This document shows positions 24,786 to 32,938 of a stretch of 32,938 nucleotides of DNA, piece after piece; within the stretch, counting starts at the first letter, position 1; the number at the start of each line of letters is the position of its first letter. The notes below the pieces were generated by a model. That model made no database searches. It was given only the letters and a program-made list of their open reading frames with translations, and was not told where the DNA came from. This DNA comes from an archaeon. GTDB taxonomy: Archaea > Hydrothermarchaeota > Hydrothermarchaeia > Hydrothermarchaeales > JALUUU01. The translations under genes and the position numbers were made by a program. The DNA lies in NCBI GenBank assembly GCA_027021185.1, contig JALUUU010000180.1:1-32938 (forward strand), in the 5' to 3' direction.

Positions 24786-25468
24786 GCCATCACCTTGGGA
24801 ACTGTTTCAACGTCCTTCACCTCATAGACCCCGTAGGTTGTGTGCCAATGAGCCTCTGCATTCGTAACGGCAAAACTGTGTTTGAATAGGGGCATATCCA
24901 AGACGAGAGTCTCATATTCCCCGCCCTCTCCTGCGACGTGCAGACCGTATTTTTCTCCTAGAGTCTTCAATGCCTCTAGGGTATCCTCATTTATGGATCT
25001 GCCGAGCCAGCTTTTATCTAGGCCCTCCGCTGCCACAGACGTTACAATAACTTCGAATCCAGCGTCCATTATTTCCCGCAGCAGCATCTCAGGGTCTTTA
25101 TGCCATAACGGCGCGAAGGAGGGGATGCCAAGGTCTTCACAGACCATGTCTACTCGCTGCTTCTGGTACTCGGAGGCAACAGCACCCGTGACAACCCCCT
25201 CGATCTCACCCTCGACGCTTTCAAGCACGGCCTTGAGGTCCTCTACTTCTCTTTCCTTCTCTCCCGACGTGCCCCTCATGAGGATAGGGACCTCCATAGC
25301 CAGCGCCTGTAATCCGGTAATCCATAGATTGGGGACATGGAACATGTAGCTCTCATCACTTGCGGGATGCAGGGTTACAAGGTACCTTATCTCGAATCCC
25401 TGGGAATGCATGATGTAAGCGGCGAATAGGGAGTCTTTCCCTCCCGAAGTCAAGGCGGCTAGCTTCAT
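24782..25468 (-). CDS. MJ0570/Dph6-like PP-loop ATPase (diphthine-ammonia ligase family)
   Basis: MKLAALTSGGKDS is the N-terminal PP-loop typical of this family, and GEGGEYETLV occurs near the C-terminus. I use the ATG at 25468 rather than the track's TTG at 25492. Confidence 0.8.
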   Translation of the reverse strand: MKLAALTSGGKDSLFAAYIMHSQGFEIRYLVTLHPASDESYMFHVPNLWITGLQALAMEVPILMRGTSGEKEREVEDLKAVLESVEGEIEGVVTGAVASEYQKQRVDMVCEDLGIPSFAPLWHKDPEMLLREIMDAGFEVIVTSVAAEGLDKSWLGRSINEDTLEALKTLGEKYGLHVAGEGGEYETLVLDMPLFKHSFAVTNAEAHWHTTYGVYEVKDVETVPKVMA

Positions 25469-25492
25469 ATTTTCAAATCTGCTTTGGAGCAA

Positions 25493-26782
25493 TTAAAAGC
25501 TTCTCTCCAGAAGGCTCTCCACGGACTCAGAGGCCTTCTTCAGCACATCCTCCTCCTCAAGGGTTAATACCTCACGGTTTCTCATGAGAATCTTTCCGTT
25601 AACTATGCAGGTGTCCACATCCCCCGGCCTTGTTGAGTATACGATAGTGGAAACAATGTTGTGAACAGGTGCTAGATGAGGCTTCTCCATATCAATGAGC
25701 ACTACGTCGGCTTTTTTGCCTACTTCGATTGAGCCGACCTTGCTCTCTATCCCTAATACCTCGGCACCGCTTATAGTGGCCATGTCCAAAGCAGTCTGCG
25801 CGGGCAGCAGAGAAGCGTCCCATCTATGCATTTTTTGCAGCAATGAGGCAACCTTCATCTCCTGAAAGATATCCAAGGTGTTGTTACTGGCCGCTCCATC
25901 GCTTCCGAGAGCTACGACGACATTCTCACGGAACATCTCTGGCAAAGGAGCAACCCCGCCAACAGCCAGCTTCATGTTAGATACAGGGCAGTGAACTACC
26001 TTTGTTTCTCTTCTTCCCAGGACAGATACCTCCCCCTTGGTGGCCCAACCTGCATGGGCTATAAACACATTACCCCCTAGGAACCCAATATCATCCAGAT
26101 ACTCTATCGGCCTCATCTTTTTTTCCCGGAGGGAATCGTACACCTCCTTCCTTGTCTCGCTGGCATGGATATGAATCAGTGTCTTGTACTCAGCAGCCAG
26201 CTCTTTCGCCTTCATAAGAGTGTCCTCTGAGCATGTGTACGGGGCATGAGTTCCTATGATCGGCGTGAATAGGTCTGTCTTTTTCTTCGCCAAGGACTTA
26301 AAGAGTCTAAAGGCTTCGTCGGCGTCCTTGAACTCTGCGGTCTGAAAATCCAGTATCCCCTGAGCAAAGAAACCCCTAACTCCGCTTTCCAATGTGGCTT
26401 TTCTCACGCCACCACCAAAGAAATACATGTCACAATATGTCGTCACGCCGCCTTTGATGAGCTCCAGCATAGCCAAGAGAGAGCCATGATAAACATGCCT
26501 CTCTTTGAGCCTGGACTCAAGAGGCCATATCATCTTGGTAAGCCAGTCCTGAAGATGGAGATCATCTGCGTATCCCCTGAAGAGCACCATAGCGAGATGG
26601 GTGTGGGCGTTTATAAGCCCAGGCAGAAGAGCTTTACCTGAGCAGTCAATAACGTCACCCTGAGCTTTAAGACCCTTCCCTATACCTGTGATTTCCTCCC
26701 CTTCTATTAAAACATCGACGCCTTTGAGGACATCCCTGTAGGGGTTTTGAGTGACAACCCAGGCACAGTTTTTGAGGAGCAT
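25493..26782 (-). CDS. mtaD: Amidohydrolase, 5'-methylthioadenosine/S-adenosylhomocysteine deaminase type
   Basis: 429 aa. The pattern PGLINAHTHLAMVLFRGYADDLHLQDWL..., HASE, HC, GSDGAAS is typical of MtaD/DadD-type deaminases. Confidence 0.8.
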   Translation of the reverse strand: MLLKNCAWVVTQNPYRDVLKGVDVLIEGEEITGIGKGLKAQGDVIDCSGKALLPGLINAHTHLAMVLFRGYADDLHLQDWLTKMIWPLESRLKERHVYHGSLLAMLELIKGGVTTYCDMYFFGGGVRKATLESGVRGFFAQGILDFQTAEFKDADEAFRLFKSLAKKKTDLFTPIIGTHAPYTCSEDTLMKAKELAAEYKTLIHIHASETRKEVYDSLREKKMRPIEYLDDIGFLGGNVFIAHAGWATKGEVSVLGRRETKVVHCPVSNMKLAVGGVAPLPEMFRENVVVALGSDGAASNNTLDIFQEMKVASLLQKMHRWDASLLPAQTALDMATISGAEVLGIESKVGSIEVGKKADVVLIDMEKPHLAPVHNIVSTIVYSTRPGDVDTCIVNGKILMRNREVLTLEEEDVLKKASESVESLLERSF

Positions 26783-26847
26783 AAAAGAATAATGCAGGTA
26801 GGGGTTTAAATGTTAAGCGCTCTAGAAATTGATACAGGTGAGTCCTT

Positions 26848-27108
26848 ATGAGGGAGCCAGGTATAAGACCGAAAGTGGCTGGTTTAGCCTTGGGTGTGTT
26901 CTGGGGCGGGACGCTTTTTCTATGGACGCTGATTTCGGCTATGACAGGTTATTCCAGGGAGTTTCTGATGCTACTTAGCTCAGTCTATCCGGGTTATGAA
27001 ATTACTTTAGCGGGCAGTGTGATAGGTCTAGTCTACGGGTCCCTGGATGGATTTGTGACAGGCTATGTATTCGCATGGATATATGTCACCCTTGCGCAAA
27101 GGATATAA
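26848..27108 (+). CDS. Small membrane protein (86 aa, 2-3 predicted TM helices)
   Basis: Hydrophobic, Gly-rich segments (GLALGVFWGGTLFLWTLI; AGSVIGLVYGSLDGFVTGYVFAWIY). An AGGTGA SD lies 7 nt upstream. Confidence 0.5.
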   Translation: MREPGIRPKVAGLALGVFWGGTLFLWTLISAMTGYSREFLMLLSSVYPGYEITLAGSVIGLVYGSLDGFVTGYVFAWIYVTLAQRI

Positions 27109-27133
27109 CTCCAGGAGTCCATGGTGATGCAGA

Positions 27134-27880
27134 ATGCGTTGTGCGGTATCGCCAAGCTGTGAGGAAGCTCTGGAAATTCTGAACTCACGGAAGCCGAACT
27201 CTCTTCTTCTGCTAATGGGAGAGTGCATGGTAAAGTTCAAAGGACGTGCAGAGGCTTTCCTTGGTTACGGGGAAAGAGTTGTCATGGTGAAAAGAGACGG
27301 CTCCGTGTTGGTTCACAGGGACGAGGGATGTGACGCCGTCAACTGGCAACCCCCTGGTACTAAGACTTCCTTCTTTATCCAAGACGGGGAACTGGTTCTC
27401 TACGCCTACAGGTTAAAACCCCCTGAAAAGATGAAGATCAGATTCAGAAAGCTAGCTCTGGCAGCCTGGGCCAGAATGCACGATAAGGCCGCCCTCCAGC
27501 TGATCGGCATGGAGAAGGACTATGCCGATAGATTGGTGGAGCATCCCTACATAATAGAGGAGGGATTAAGGATCATTAAGCGGGAACGAAAAACGGACTC
27601 TGGCTCCATCGATATCTACGCCCGGGACAAAGAAAATGTTCCCGTGATTTTGGAGGTTAAGAGAAGTCCTCCAGGGGTGGCAGCCGTTTATCAGCTCGAG
27701 GCCTATGTGAACGATTTCAAGCGTAAAAACAAAGAGGCAAAGGTCAGAGGTATTCTATGCGCCCCAAAGATCCCTCCAATGGTTCAGAACATGCTCAGAG
27801 AAAAAGGCCTCGAATACAAGGCCTACAGTTGCAACTTCGAGCTACCGGAAGACGAGCAGAGAACCCTTTTCGACTACTGA
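27134..27880 (+). CDS. nucS: Endonuclease NucS/EndoMS (mismatch-specific or branched-DNA nuclease)
   Basis: 248 aa. The N-terminal half-barrel pattern is present (LMGECMVKFKGRAEAFLGYGERVVMVKRDGSVLVH). The C-terminal RecB-like nuclease motif is also present (GSIDIYARDKENVPVILEVKR ... YQLEAY). Confidence 0.85.
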   Translation: MRCAVSPSCEEALEILNSRKPNSLLLLMGECMVKFKGRAEAFLGYGERVVMVKRDGSVLVHRDEGCDAVNWQPPGTKTSFFIQDGELVLYAYRLKPPEKMKIRFRKLALAAWARMHDKAALQLIGMEKDYADRLVEHPYIIEEGLRIIKRERKTDSGSIDIYARDKENVPVILEVKRSPPGVAAVYQLEAYVNDFKRKNKEAKVRGILCAPKIPPMVQNMLREKGLEYKAYSCNFELPEDEQRTLFDY

Positions 27881-28623
27881 TCCCTTTCTTTTTCCACTCT
27901 GCCCTGAAGATAGCTAACCGCCAGGTTAAGGGACAGGGTAATACCGAGGAGGATTAATCCAAAGGATATGGCTGCCGTCACATCCCCCTGACTGGTCTCG
28001 ATGGGTATCGCGGTAGACAGCGTCCGGGTCTTAGATATCTGAACAATCCCCTGAGGAGTCTCGAGGGCATATGCAATGTTCCCGCCCACAGTGAGGATTG
28101 CCCCGACCTCCGCAAAGACTCTTCCAGCCCCCCCTAAGATAGCCGTTACGATGCCGTATCTCGCCTCTCTAAGAACAGCCACTGCAACGTCTCTCCTCGT
28201 GCCACCCAAGGTGAACGCCAGTTCTTTTATCGACTCAGGAACACCTTTTATTACAGCTATGCTGACTCCCAGAATAATGGGGGTGGCTAAGAGGTACTGG
28301 GCAAGGATCATTGCTTTTTTGGTGTACAGAATCTCCATGAACCCCAGGGGGCCCAGCCTGTAAAAGAAAATGAAAACAACTAAACCCACCACAACGGGTG
28401 GGAGCCCCATTCCAGCATTTATGAATCCAAGGAGCATCCTTTTACCAGGGAAATCTTTGAAGACGAGGAGAACCGCAAGGGGCACAGCGGTCATGGCTGC
28501 CAAGGCCACTGCCGTCAGAGATACCAAAATCTGGACCTTCGTAACGCTCATTACATAAGGATCGAAACTTAAGAGAAGGCTCACCGCCTGCTCTAGGCCG
28601 GCAGTGAGATACTCAACCCCCAT
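27874..28623 (-). CDS. tupB: ABC transporter permease, tungstate (TupB-type)
   Basis: 249 aa, multi-TM, with an EAA-like loop (ELAFTLGGTRRDV). It lies immediately downstream of the TupA-type binding protein, and its 3' end overlaps convergent nucS by 7 nt. Confidence 0.75.
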   Translation of the reverse strand: MGVEYLTAGLEQAVSLLLSFDPYVMSVTKVQILVSLTAVALAAMTAVPLAVLLVFKDFPGKRMLLGFINAGMGLPPVVVGLVVFIFFYRLGPLGFMEILYTKKAMILAQYLLATPIILGVSIAVIKGVPESIKELAFTLGGTRRDVAVAVLREARYGIVTAILGGAGRVFAEVGAILTVGGNIAYALETPQGIVQISKTRTLSTAIPIETSQGDVTAAISFGLILLGITLSLNLAVSYLQGRVEKERDQ

Positions 28624-29535
28624 TTATCGGCCCCCATAACCCCCTTTGATGGTTATTGGCAGGTACTGGTCATAGTTTTCCCTGTCTTTTATGGCGCTCG
28701 GATAGAATAGCTGCTCGCCTAGTTTCTTGTAGTCCCCGATGAGCTTCTGACCCTCAGGAGAAGTGATAAATCCTATATAGGCCATGGCAAGCTGATAGTT
28801 CCTATCAGGATATTTTCCTGGATTAACCGCTATGACTGCGTAGGGATTAGACAAAAGCTTGTCTCCGCCTTTGACAGGTCCCTCCACCAGGACCTCCAGG
28901 GCGATTTTTCCCATGTATGCCAGATATGTGCCCCTGTCTGTGATAGTGTACCCCTGCTTCTCATTGGCTATGGTCAGTGTGTTCCCCATACCCTGGCCAG
29001 TGGCCTGGTACCACTCTCCCTTAGGCTCTATTCCTGCAAGCTTCCATATCTCTTTCTCTTTTGTGTGGGTCCCAGAGTTATCGCCTCTCGAGAAAAACAC
29101 GCTATTGGATTCGGCGATCTTTTTGAATGCCTCTGCAGCACTGGAAGAACCTTTTATGCCTGCTGGATCGCTCTTGGGACCTATTATAATGAAATCATTA
29201 AACATGACATCCCTGCGGTTAACGCCATAGCCTTCCTCGAGAAAGGCGTCTTCTTTGCTCCTTGCATGAACAAGAAGCAGATCCGCCTCCCCGTCCTTAG
29301 CCATTTTAATTGCCTTACCTGTACCCAGGGAATGTACCTCCACTATGGCGTTGTACTTATCTTGGAAAACTGGATTTAAAACATCTAGGAGGCCCGAGTT
29401 ATAGGTGCTGGTAGTAGTGGCGAGAACCAGCCTTGCGGGCTCCTTCACAGGCTCTGACTGAGTTTTTTCCTGTGTCTGGCCAATACAACCGGCCAACAGC
29501 ACAATGAGCATAATCCCGACATACATAAACTTCAT
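28624..29535 (-). CDS. tupA: Periplasmic/extracellular tungstate-binding protein (TupA-type) with a lipobox-like N-terminus
   Basis: 303 aa. It has a signal peptide with LLAGC. It also carries the TupA signature LATTTSTYNSGLLDVL...GTGKAIKMAKDGEADLLLVHA...NDFIIIGP. A GGAGGTGA SD lies upstream. Confidence 0.8.
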   Translation of the reverse strand: MKFMYVGIMLIVLLAGCIGQTQEKTQSEPVKEPARLVLATTTSTYNSGLLDVLNPVFQDKYNAIVEVHSLGTGKAIKMAKDGEADLLLVHARSKEDAFLEEGYGVNRRDVMFNDFIIIGPKSDPAGIKGSSSAAEAFKKIAESNSVFFSRGDNSGTHTKEKEIWKLAGIEPKGEWYQATGQGMGNTLTIANEKQGYTITDRGTYLAYMGKIALEVLVEGPVKGGDKLLSNPYAVIAVNPGKYPDRNYQLAMAYIGFITSPEGQKLIGDYKKLGEQLFYPSAIKDRENYDQYLPITIKGGYGGR

Positions 29536-29577
29536 TTAAGTTCACCTCCAGCATGGGGGGCATAAATATTTACATTC

Positions 29578-29596
29578 TATTTAAATTTTGCCGTTA
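29578..29596 (+). promoter_or_regulatory. TATA-like box TATTTAAA followed by the motif TTTTGCCGTTA, in the tupA/tfx divergent intergenic region
   Basis: Same architecture as at 16063-16082, with the 14-mer AAATTTTGCCGTTA identical. The motif starts 77 nt before the tfx ATG. A tandem ACTATTA-ACTATTA repeat follows at 29625-29638. Confidence 0.45.
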
Positions 29597-29662
29597 AAAG
29601 GAAAAAACGTAAATATTTGTGTTTACTATTAACTATTAATCATGCGTGATGGAGGCGGTTAG

Positions 29663-30073
29663 ATGACTCGAGACAGCTTTTTAACCCCTAATCAGCTGAA
29701 GGTGCTTGAACTTAGAGCCCAGGGATTAACCCAGGAAGAGGTTGCTGAATTAATAGGAACCACGAGGGCTAACGTGAGCATAGCTGAGAAAAGAGCTAAG
29801 GAGAATATTGAAAAAGCCCGGAATACTCTGAGAGCCTTTGAAATGCTTCATCCCATCGTGCTTAACATACCGAGGGGAACTGATCTTTTCCAAGTACCGG
29901 TCTTGATTTATCAAGAAGCAGACAAACACGGAATAAAGATTCTGTACAACACAACCTCTCTTATTGGGGTCCTGCGTAGACGGGCAAAATCCAAAATATC
30001 CGGCAACAGGGTTATAGAAGGCTTCAAGATCCTTATATTGAGGGGAGGGAGAGTAGAATTTGATTTAGGCTGA
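29663..30073 (+). CDS. tfx: Tfx-family DNA-binding transcription regulator
   Basis: 136 aa. FLTPNQLKVLELRAQGLTQEEVAELIGTTRANVSIAEKRAKENIEKARNTL is the LuxR/sigma-like HTH of archaeal Tfx. A GGAGG SD lies 7 nt upstream. Confidence 0.85.
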   Translation: MTRDSFLTPNQLKVLELRAQGLTQEEVAELIGTTRANVSIAEKRAKENIEKARNTLRAFEMLHPIVLNIPRGTDLFQVPVLIYQEADKHGIKILYNTTSLIGVLRRRAKSKISGNRVIEGFKILILRGGRVEFDLG

Positions 30074-30082
30074 GACTGGACA

Positions 30083-31603
30083 TCAGTTTTTCCGTATAAC
30101 CCTGATGTTATCCGCATCCAGGGACGCCCATTTTATCTCGTAACCGAGGTGCTCCAATATTGCTGCCACGTTTACGATCCCCTCGCCTTTAATGACCGCG
30201 GCGACATCCTCGTACTTCGCCACTTTATGGAGGGAGAGAAGTTTTCGCTCAAGTTCCTTCAGCTTTGTGAGGCTGACCAGCTCTTTTCCCACCTCAACAT
30301 ATCCCTCCACCCCCTCTAGGGCGCGTCTGACCGCTTCATAGCTCACCCCTTTCTCATAGGCTACTGCCTCAAGATCAATGATGTCGCCCTCGATGGATAG
30401 TCCTTCCTCTGCCAGGCTACGCAGCTCTCTATCTATCTCTTTTTCCTCAAGTTGGTTCAATATCCTCATGACATCTTTCAGAGGAACCTCTTTTTGATAG
30501 TAGATCACTGAAAACTCTTTGAGTTCTTTGAATCCGGAGCAGGCAAGGTTCTTGTCAACCGCCAAAATAAGGTTGACTTTTTCCAGCTCCCTGAGTTTCA
30601 AGAGCTTTCTCTCAAGGTATTCCTGTGTCCAGAAACCAACTATCTCCAGATATACCTTGGCTCGGTTCTTTTCCAGGAGAAAATCAGGTATAAATACCCT
30701 GCCTCCGGTTACAAGGGGCTCTGGCTCCCGTATAACAGACCATCCAGTTCGGAGGGCGGCGAAAGACTTTGCGAATTTCTCCTCCACCGAGCTGTCAAAC
30801 TCTCTGGTAGGATGTAGGGGTTGCTTTACCGCTAAGAGGCGCCGCTTTGAGTCGTCGATGCAGAACTCAAGAATTCGTGGCGATGCCTTTGATTGTGCTC
30901 CAGGCCAAGAGCTCCTAAGAACTATATCTGCTCTGATCATCCAGGATGGTGAGGCGATAACCGCAGGAAGAAGCTTCGCCATGGAGGTGCCATACTTCTC
31001 CGTCATCCTAAGCAGAGATGCCGGACCGTATATAGTAATATGAAGATATCCATCGAGCCTTTCAGCCATGTACATCAAGCCGAGACGCTTAACTCTCCGA
31101 AGCAGGTCTTTGTGTCCCTCCTTCATACGCACCGTCATGGACACAGCCTTGAAGAGTAATGTCTGAGCCAGAGAAGTGTTATAAAGCCTGATGAGCTCTT
31201 CTGCCCCTATTTCTCTGAATTTCCTGAGGACCTGCATCTCCTCGCTGTCTGCCCATAAAGCTTTCTCAAGGTCGTCTACAGCTAATCCAAGTTTCCCGGC
31301 CACCCTGACGAGAACCTTCTTTCTATCTCCTCTGTTCAGCACGGGATTAAGGCTTGCCTCCTCAAAGACCATTTTCCTTGCGAGAAAAGGCTCTACGGCC
31401 GCGTCCACCTCAAAAGAGCACCGCCTCATAAGAAGGGTTTTCAGTCCTTTGACATACCTGTGATCAACATCTGCCGAGTCTTCGATCTCCCTAACGCCTC
31501 GAAGTATTTCCCCCTGCGTTCTGCCTATATGGCCTCTAAAGACTTCTATGATATTCCTGGCAACTTTCAGCGGCTTACCCTCTAGGGGAGCAAAGACAGG
31601 CAT
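30083..31603 (-). CDS. bax1: DUF790-family nuclease Bax1 (XPB-associated)
   Basis: 506 aa. The C-terminal nuclease-region pattern is present (VFIPDFLLEKNRAKVYLEIVGFWTQEYLERKLLKL). It sits in the conserved position directly downstream of xpb. Confidence 0.8.
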   Translation of the reverse strand: MPVFAPLEGKPLKVARNIIEVFRGHIGRTQGEILRGVREIEDSADVDHRYVKGLKTLLMRRCSFEVDAAVEPFLARKMVFEEASLNPVLNRGDRKKVLVRVAGKLGLAVDDLEKALWADSEEMQVLRKFREIGAEELIRLYNTSLAQTLLFKAVSMTVRMKEGHKDLLRRVKRLGLMYMAERLDGYLHITIYGPASLLRMTEKYGTSMAKLLPAVIASPSWMIRADIVLRSSWPGAQSKASPRILEFCIDDSKRRLLAVKQPLHPTREFDSSVEEKFAKSFAALRTGWSVIREPEPLVTGGRVFIPDFLLEKNRAKVYLEIVGFWTQEYLERKLLKLRELEKVNLILAVDKNLACSGFKELKEFSVIYYQKEVPLKDVMRILNQLEEKEIDRELRSLAEEGLSIEGDIIDLEAVAYEKGVSYEAVRRALEGVEGYVEVGKELVSLTKLKELERKLLSLHKVAKYEDVAAVIKGEGIVNVAAILEHLGYEIKWASLDADNIRVIRKN

Positions 31604-31651
31604 AATCTTCCCTTTCCTTGTCCTGCAAATCAGCAGCTCTCCAGGAAGCAG

Positions 31652-32938
31652 CTACCTTACCCCCTTCCTATTATCGGCCAGCTTCTTTTTCACAGATATG
31701 TGTCTTCTTTTTGAGGTCATAACCTCGCTTGTATTCCTGGAGACAATCTCATAAAGCAATGCCCGCTTTCCGTCTTTTTTCCTCAGCAACCTTCCTAGCC
31801 GCTGCCTGTACTCCCTGGTGCTCCCTGTACCACTTAGGATGATCCCGACATTGGCCTCGGGCACATCTATTCCCTCATCCAGTACTTTGGAGGTTACTAT
31901 AACCCTGTACAAGCCCTCTTTGAACCGCGCTAGATTGTACCTCCTCTCCTCTTTCTTGGTTCTGTGGGTTATGGCAGGAATGAGAAATAATCTGCTTATT
32001 CTTTGAACGAGTTTATTGTGTTCGGTGAAAATCAGCACCCTGTCCCTGGAGTGCCTTTTCAAAAGTTCTCTTAAAGCCTTCAACTTTGCCTCTGAGTTAA
32101 AGGCTATAACCCTTGCCTTATGTCGGGCCAGCAGAGCCTCCCTCGCCTTAGGATCTCTTCCCGAAAGCATGACAAATCGTCTAAAGTCGGCAGGGGTTCG
32201 GATGAGTATTCCCCGTTTATTTATGTATCTCCGAAATATCTTGCTGTATCCGTCATACTCTTCTTTCTCTTCCGGAGTAAGCTCAGTCTTTATTATTTTA
32301 AGATCATACTCAGCCAGATGCTCTCCGGCCAGCTCCTGCACAGAAACCTCATAGACCTTACCACCAACCAGATGTGGCAGATTCGTGTGAAGGCCGTCCT
32401 CTCTCTCATAGGTAGCTGTTAGACCCATCCTGTAAGGCGAAACAAAGAGCTCCGCCACAGCAGAATAGCTGGGCGCGGGTAAGTGGTGGACCTCGTCAAA
32501 AATCAAAAAAAGATATTTGTTACCCAGCTGCTCTGCTCTGAGGTGGGCAGAGTCATAGGTGGCTATGGTTAATGCCTCTACCTCGTGCTTTCCCCCGCCG
32601 AATATCCCTACTTTCACTTCCAGCTCTTTTCTAAGCCTCTCGGCCCACTGCTCTAAGAGGTCTATTGTAGGTACCACAACAAGGCAGGGCTCATTAATCT
32701 GGTAAATCGCCTCAACGGCGACGAAGGTCTTACCAGCCCCCGTGGGTAAGACGATGGTACCCCATTTACCTGCTTTTTTCCATGCTAGGAGGGCTTTAGT
32801 TTGATAGTCCCTCAGCTTGGCCTTTGGCTTGCCAAATCTAGGACACGGCGGCGGATCCAGCACAGTATCTTCGAAGGGAACGCCAGACCCCCGTAGGTAA
32901 TCTGTAATATCCCTGTAATGCAGGGCTAAAGCCCTGTA
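31652..32938 (-). CDS. xpb: XPB/Rad25-type SF2 DNA helicase; the N-terminus runs off the right edge
   Basis: Helicase motifs are present: LRDYQTKAL, VLPTGAGKT, FDEVHH, TATYERED, QRLGRLLR. The reading frame stays open upstream of the track's GVG start (32863) to the window end. That upstream stretch encodes YRALALHYRDITDYLRGSGVPFEDT, which resembles the XPB damage-recognition domain. Confidence 0.85.
   Translation of the reverse strand, partial: YRALALHYRDITDYLRGSGVPFEDTVLDPPPCPRFGKPKAKLRDYQTKALLAWKKAGKWGTIVLPTGAGKTFVAVEAIYQINEPCLVVVPTIDLLEQWAERLRKELEVKVGIFGGGKHEVEALTIATYDSAHLRAEQLGNKYLFLIFDEVHHLPAPSYSAVAELFVSPYRMGLTATYEREDGLHTNLPHLVGGKVYEVSVQELAGEHLAEYDLKIIKTELTPEEKEEYDGYSKIFRRYINKRGILIRTPADFRRFVMLSGRDPKAREALLARHKARVIAFNSEAKLKALRELLKRHSRDRVLIFTEHNKLVQRISRLFLIPAITHRTKKEERRYNLARFKEGLYRVIVTSKVLDEGIDVPEANVGIILSGTGSTREYRQRLGRLLRKKDGKRALLYEIVSRNTSEVMTSKRRHISVKKKLADNRKGVR

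Noticed and set aside
1-32938. CRISPR arrays, long tandem repeats, reverse transcriptase/DGR or retron signatures, and restriction-modification or other known defence operons.
   Set aside because: Reading through all intergenic regions and the ORF set revealed no regularly spaced repeats and no such genes. The only repeats found are the IS termini with their TSD, the short promoter motif and a 2x7-nt tandem repeat.

Overview
This is a dense archaeal chromosomal segment, euryarchaeal and methanogen/ANME/Archaeoglobus-like. That reading rests on fwdD-fwdA, Tfx, the L7Ae-S28e-L24e operon, XPB-Bax1, NucS, an intron-containing tRNA-Met, and TATA boxes about 25-30 nt upstream of start codons. I call about 38 protein genes (mostly minus strand), 2 tRNAs and 1 decayed insertion sequence.

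Gene content, left to right:
- fwdA (partial), fwdD, tRNA-Arg(TCG), a small AbrB-fold ORF, a PfkB kinase and a UPF0182 membrane protein.
- A degenerate IS66-family element with an intact 8-bp target duplication.
- MarC, DedA, Hsp20, endonuclease V, a solitary HerA-like ATPase and a GlcD/GlcF-type 2-hydroxyacid oxidoreductase pair.
- A RuBisCO-like protein and a ZIP transporter.
- A visibly AT-richer islet of small and unknown regulators: a wHTH protein, a Cys-rich 140-aa protein, an internally duplicated 351-aa double-wHTH protein and an orphan HicA-like ORF.
- tRNA-Met(CAT) with a 33-nt intron, RpiA, a PHP phosphoesterase, DUF488 and an Lhr-type helicase.
- rpl7ae-rps28e-rpl24e, then mtaD, a dph6-like gene and nadE.
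- A small membrane protein, NucS, tupA-tupB, tfx, and bax1-xpb (xpb runs off the right edge).

I found no CRISPR array, integrase, reverse transcriptase or recognisable multi-gene defence operon, and I cannot honestly name a clear novel system. The best leads are:
- The regulator islet at 14.9-17.4 kb, together with the motif TTTTGCCGTTA. It sits next to a TATA box upstream of both the double-wHTH gene and tfx, with a third copy upstream of nadE.
- A RuBisCO homolog with three active-site substitutions, placed next to the glcD/glcF-like genes.
- The rpiA stop codon lying inside the mature tRNA-Met.
- An orphan HicA-like ORF that overlaps a convergent gene.

All homology calls come from motif recognition by eye, not from database searches.
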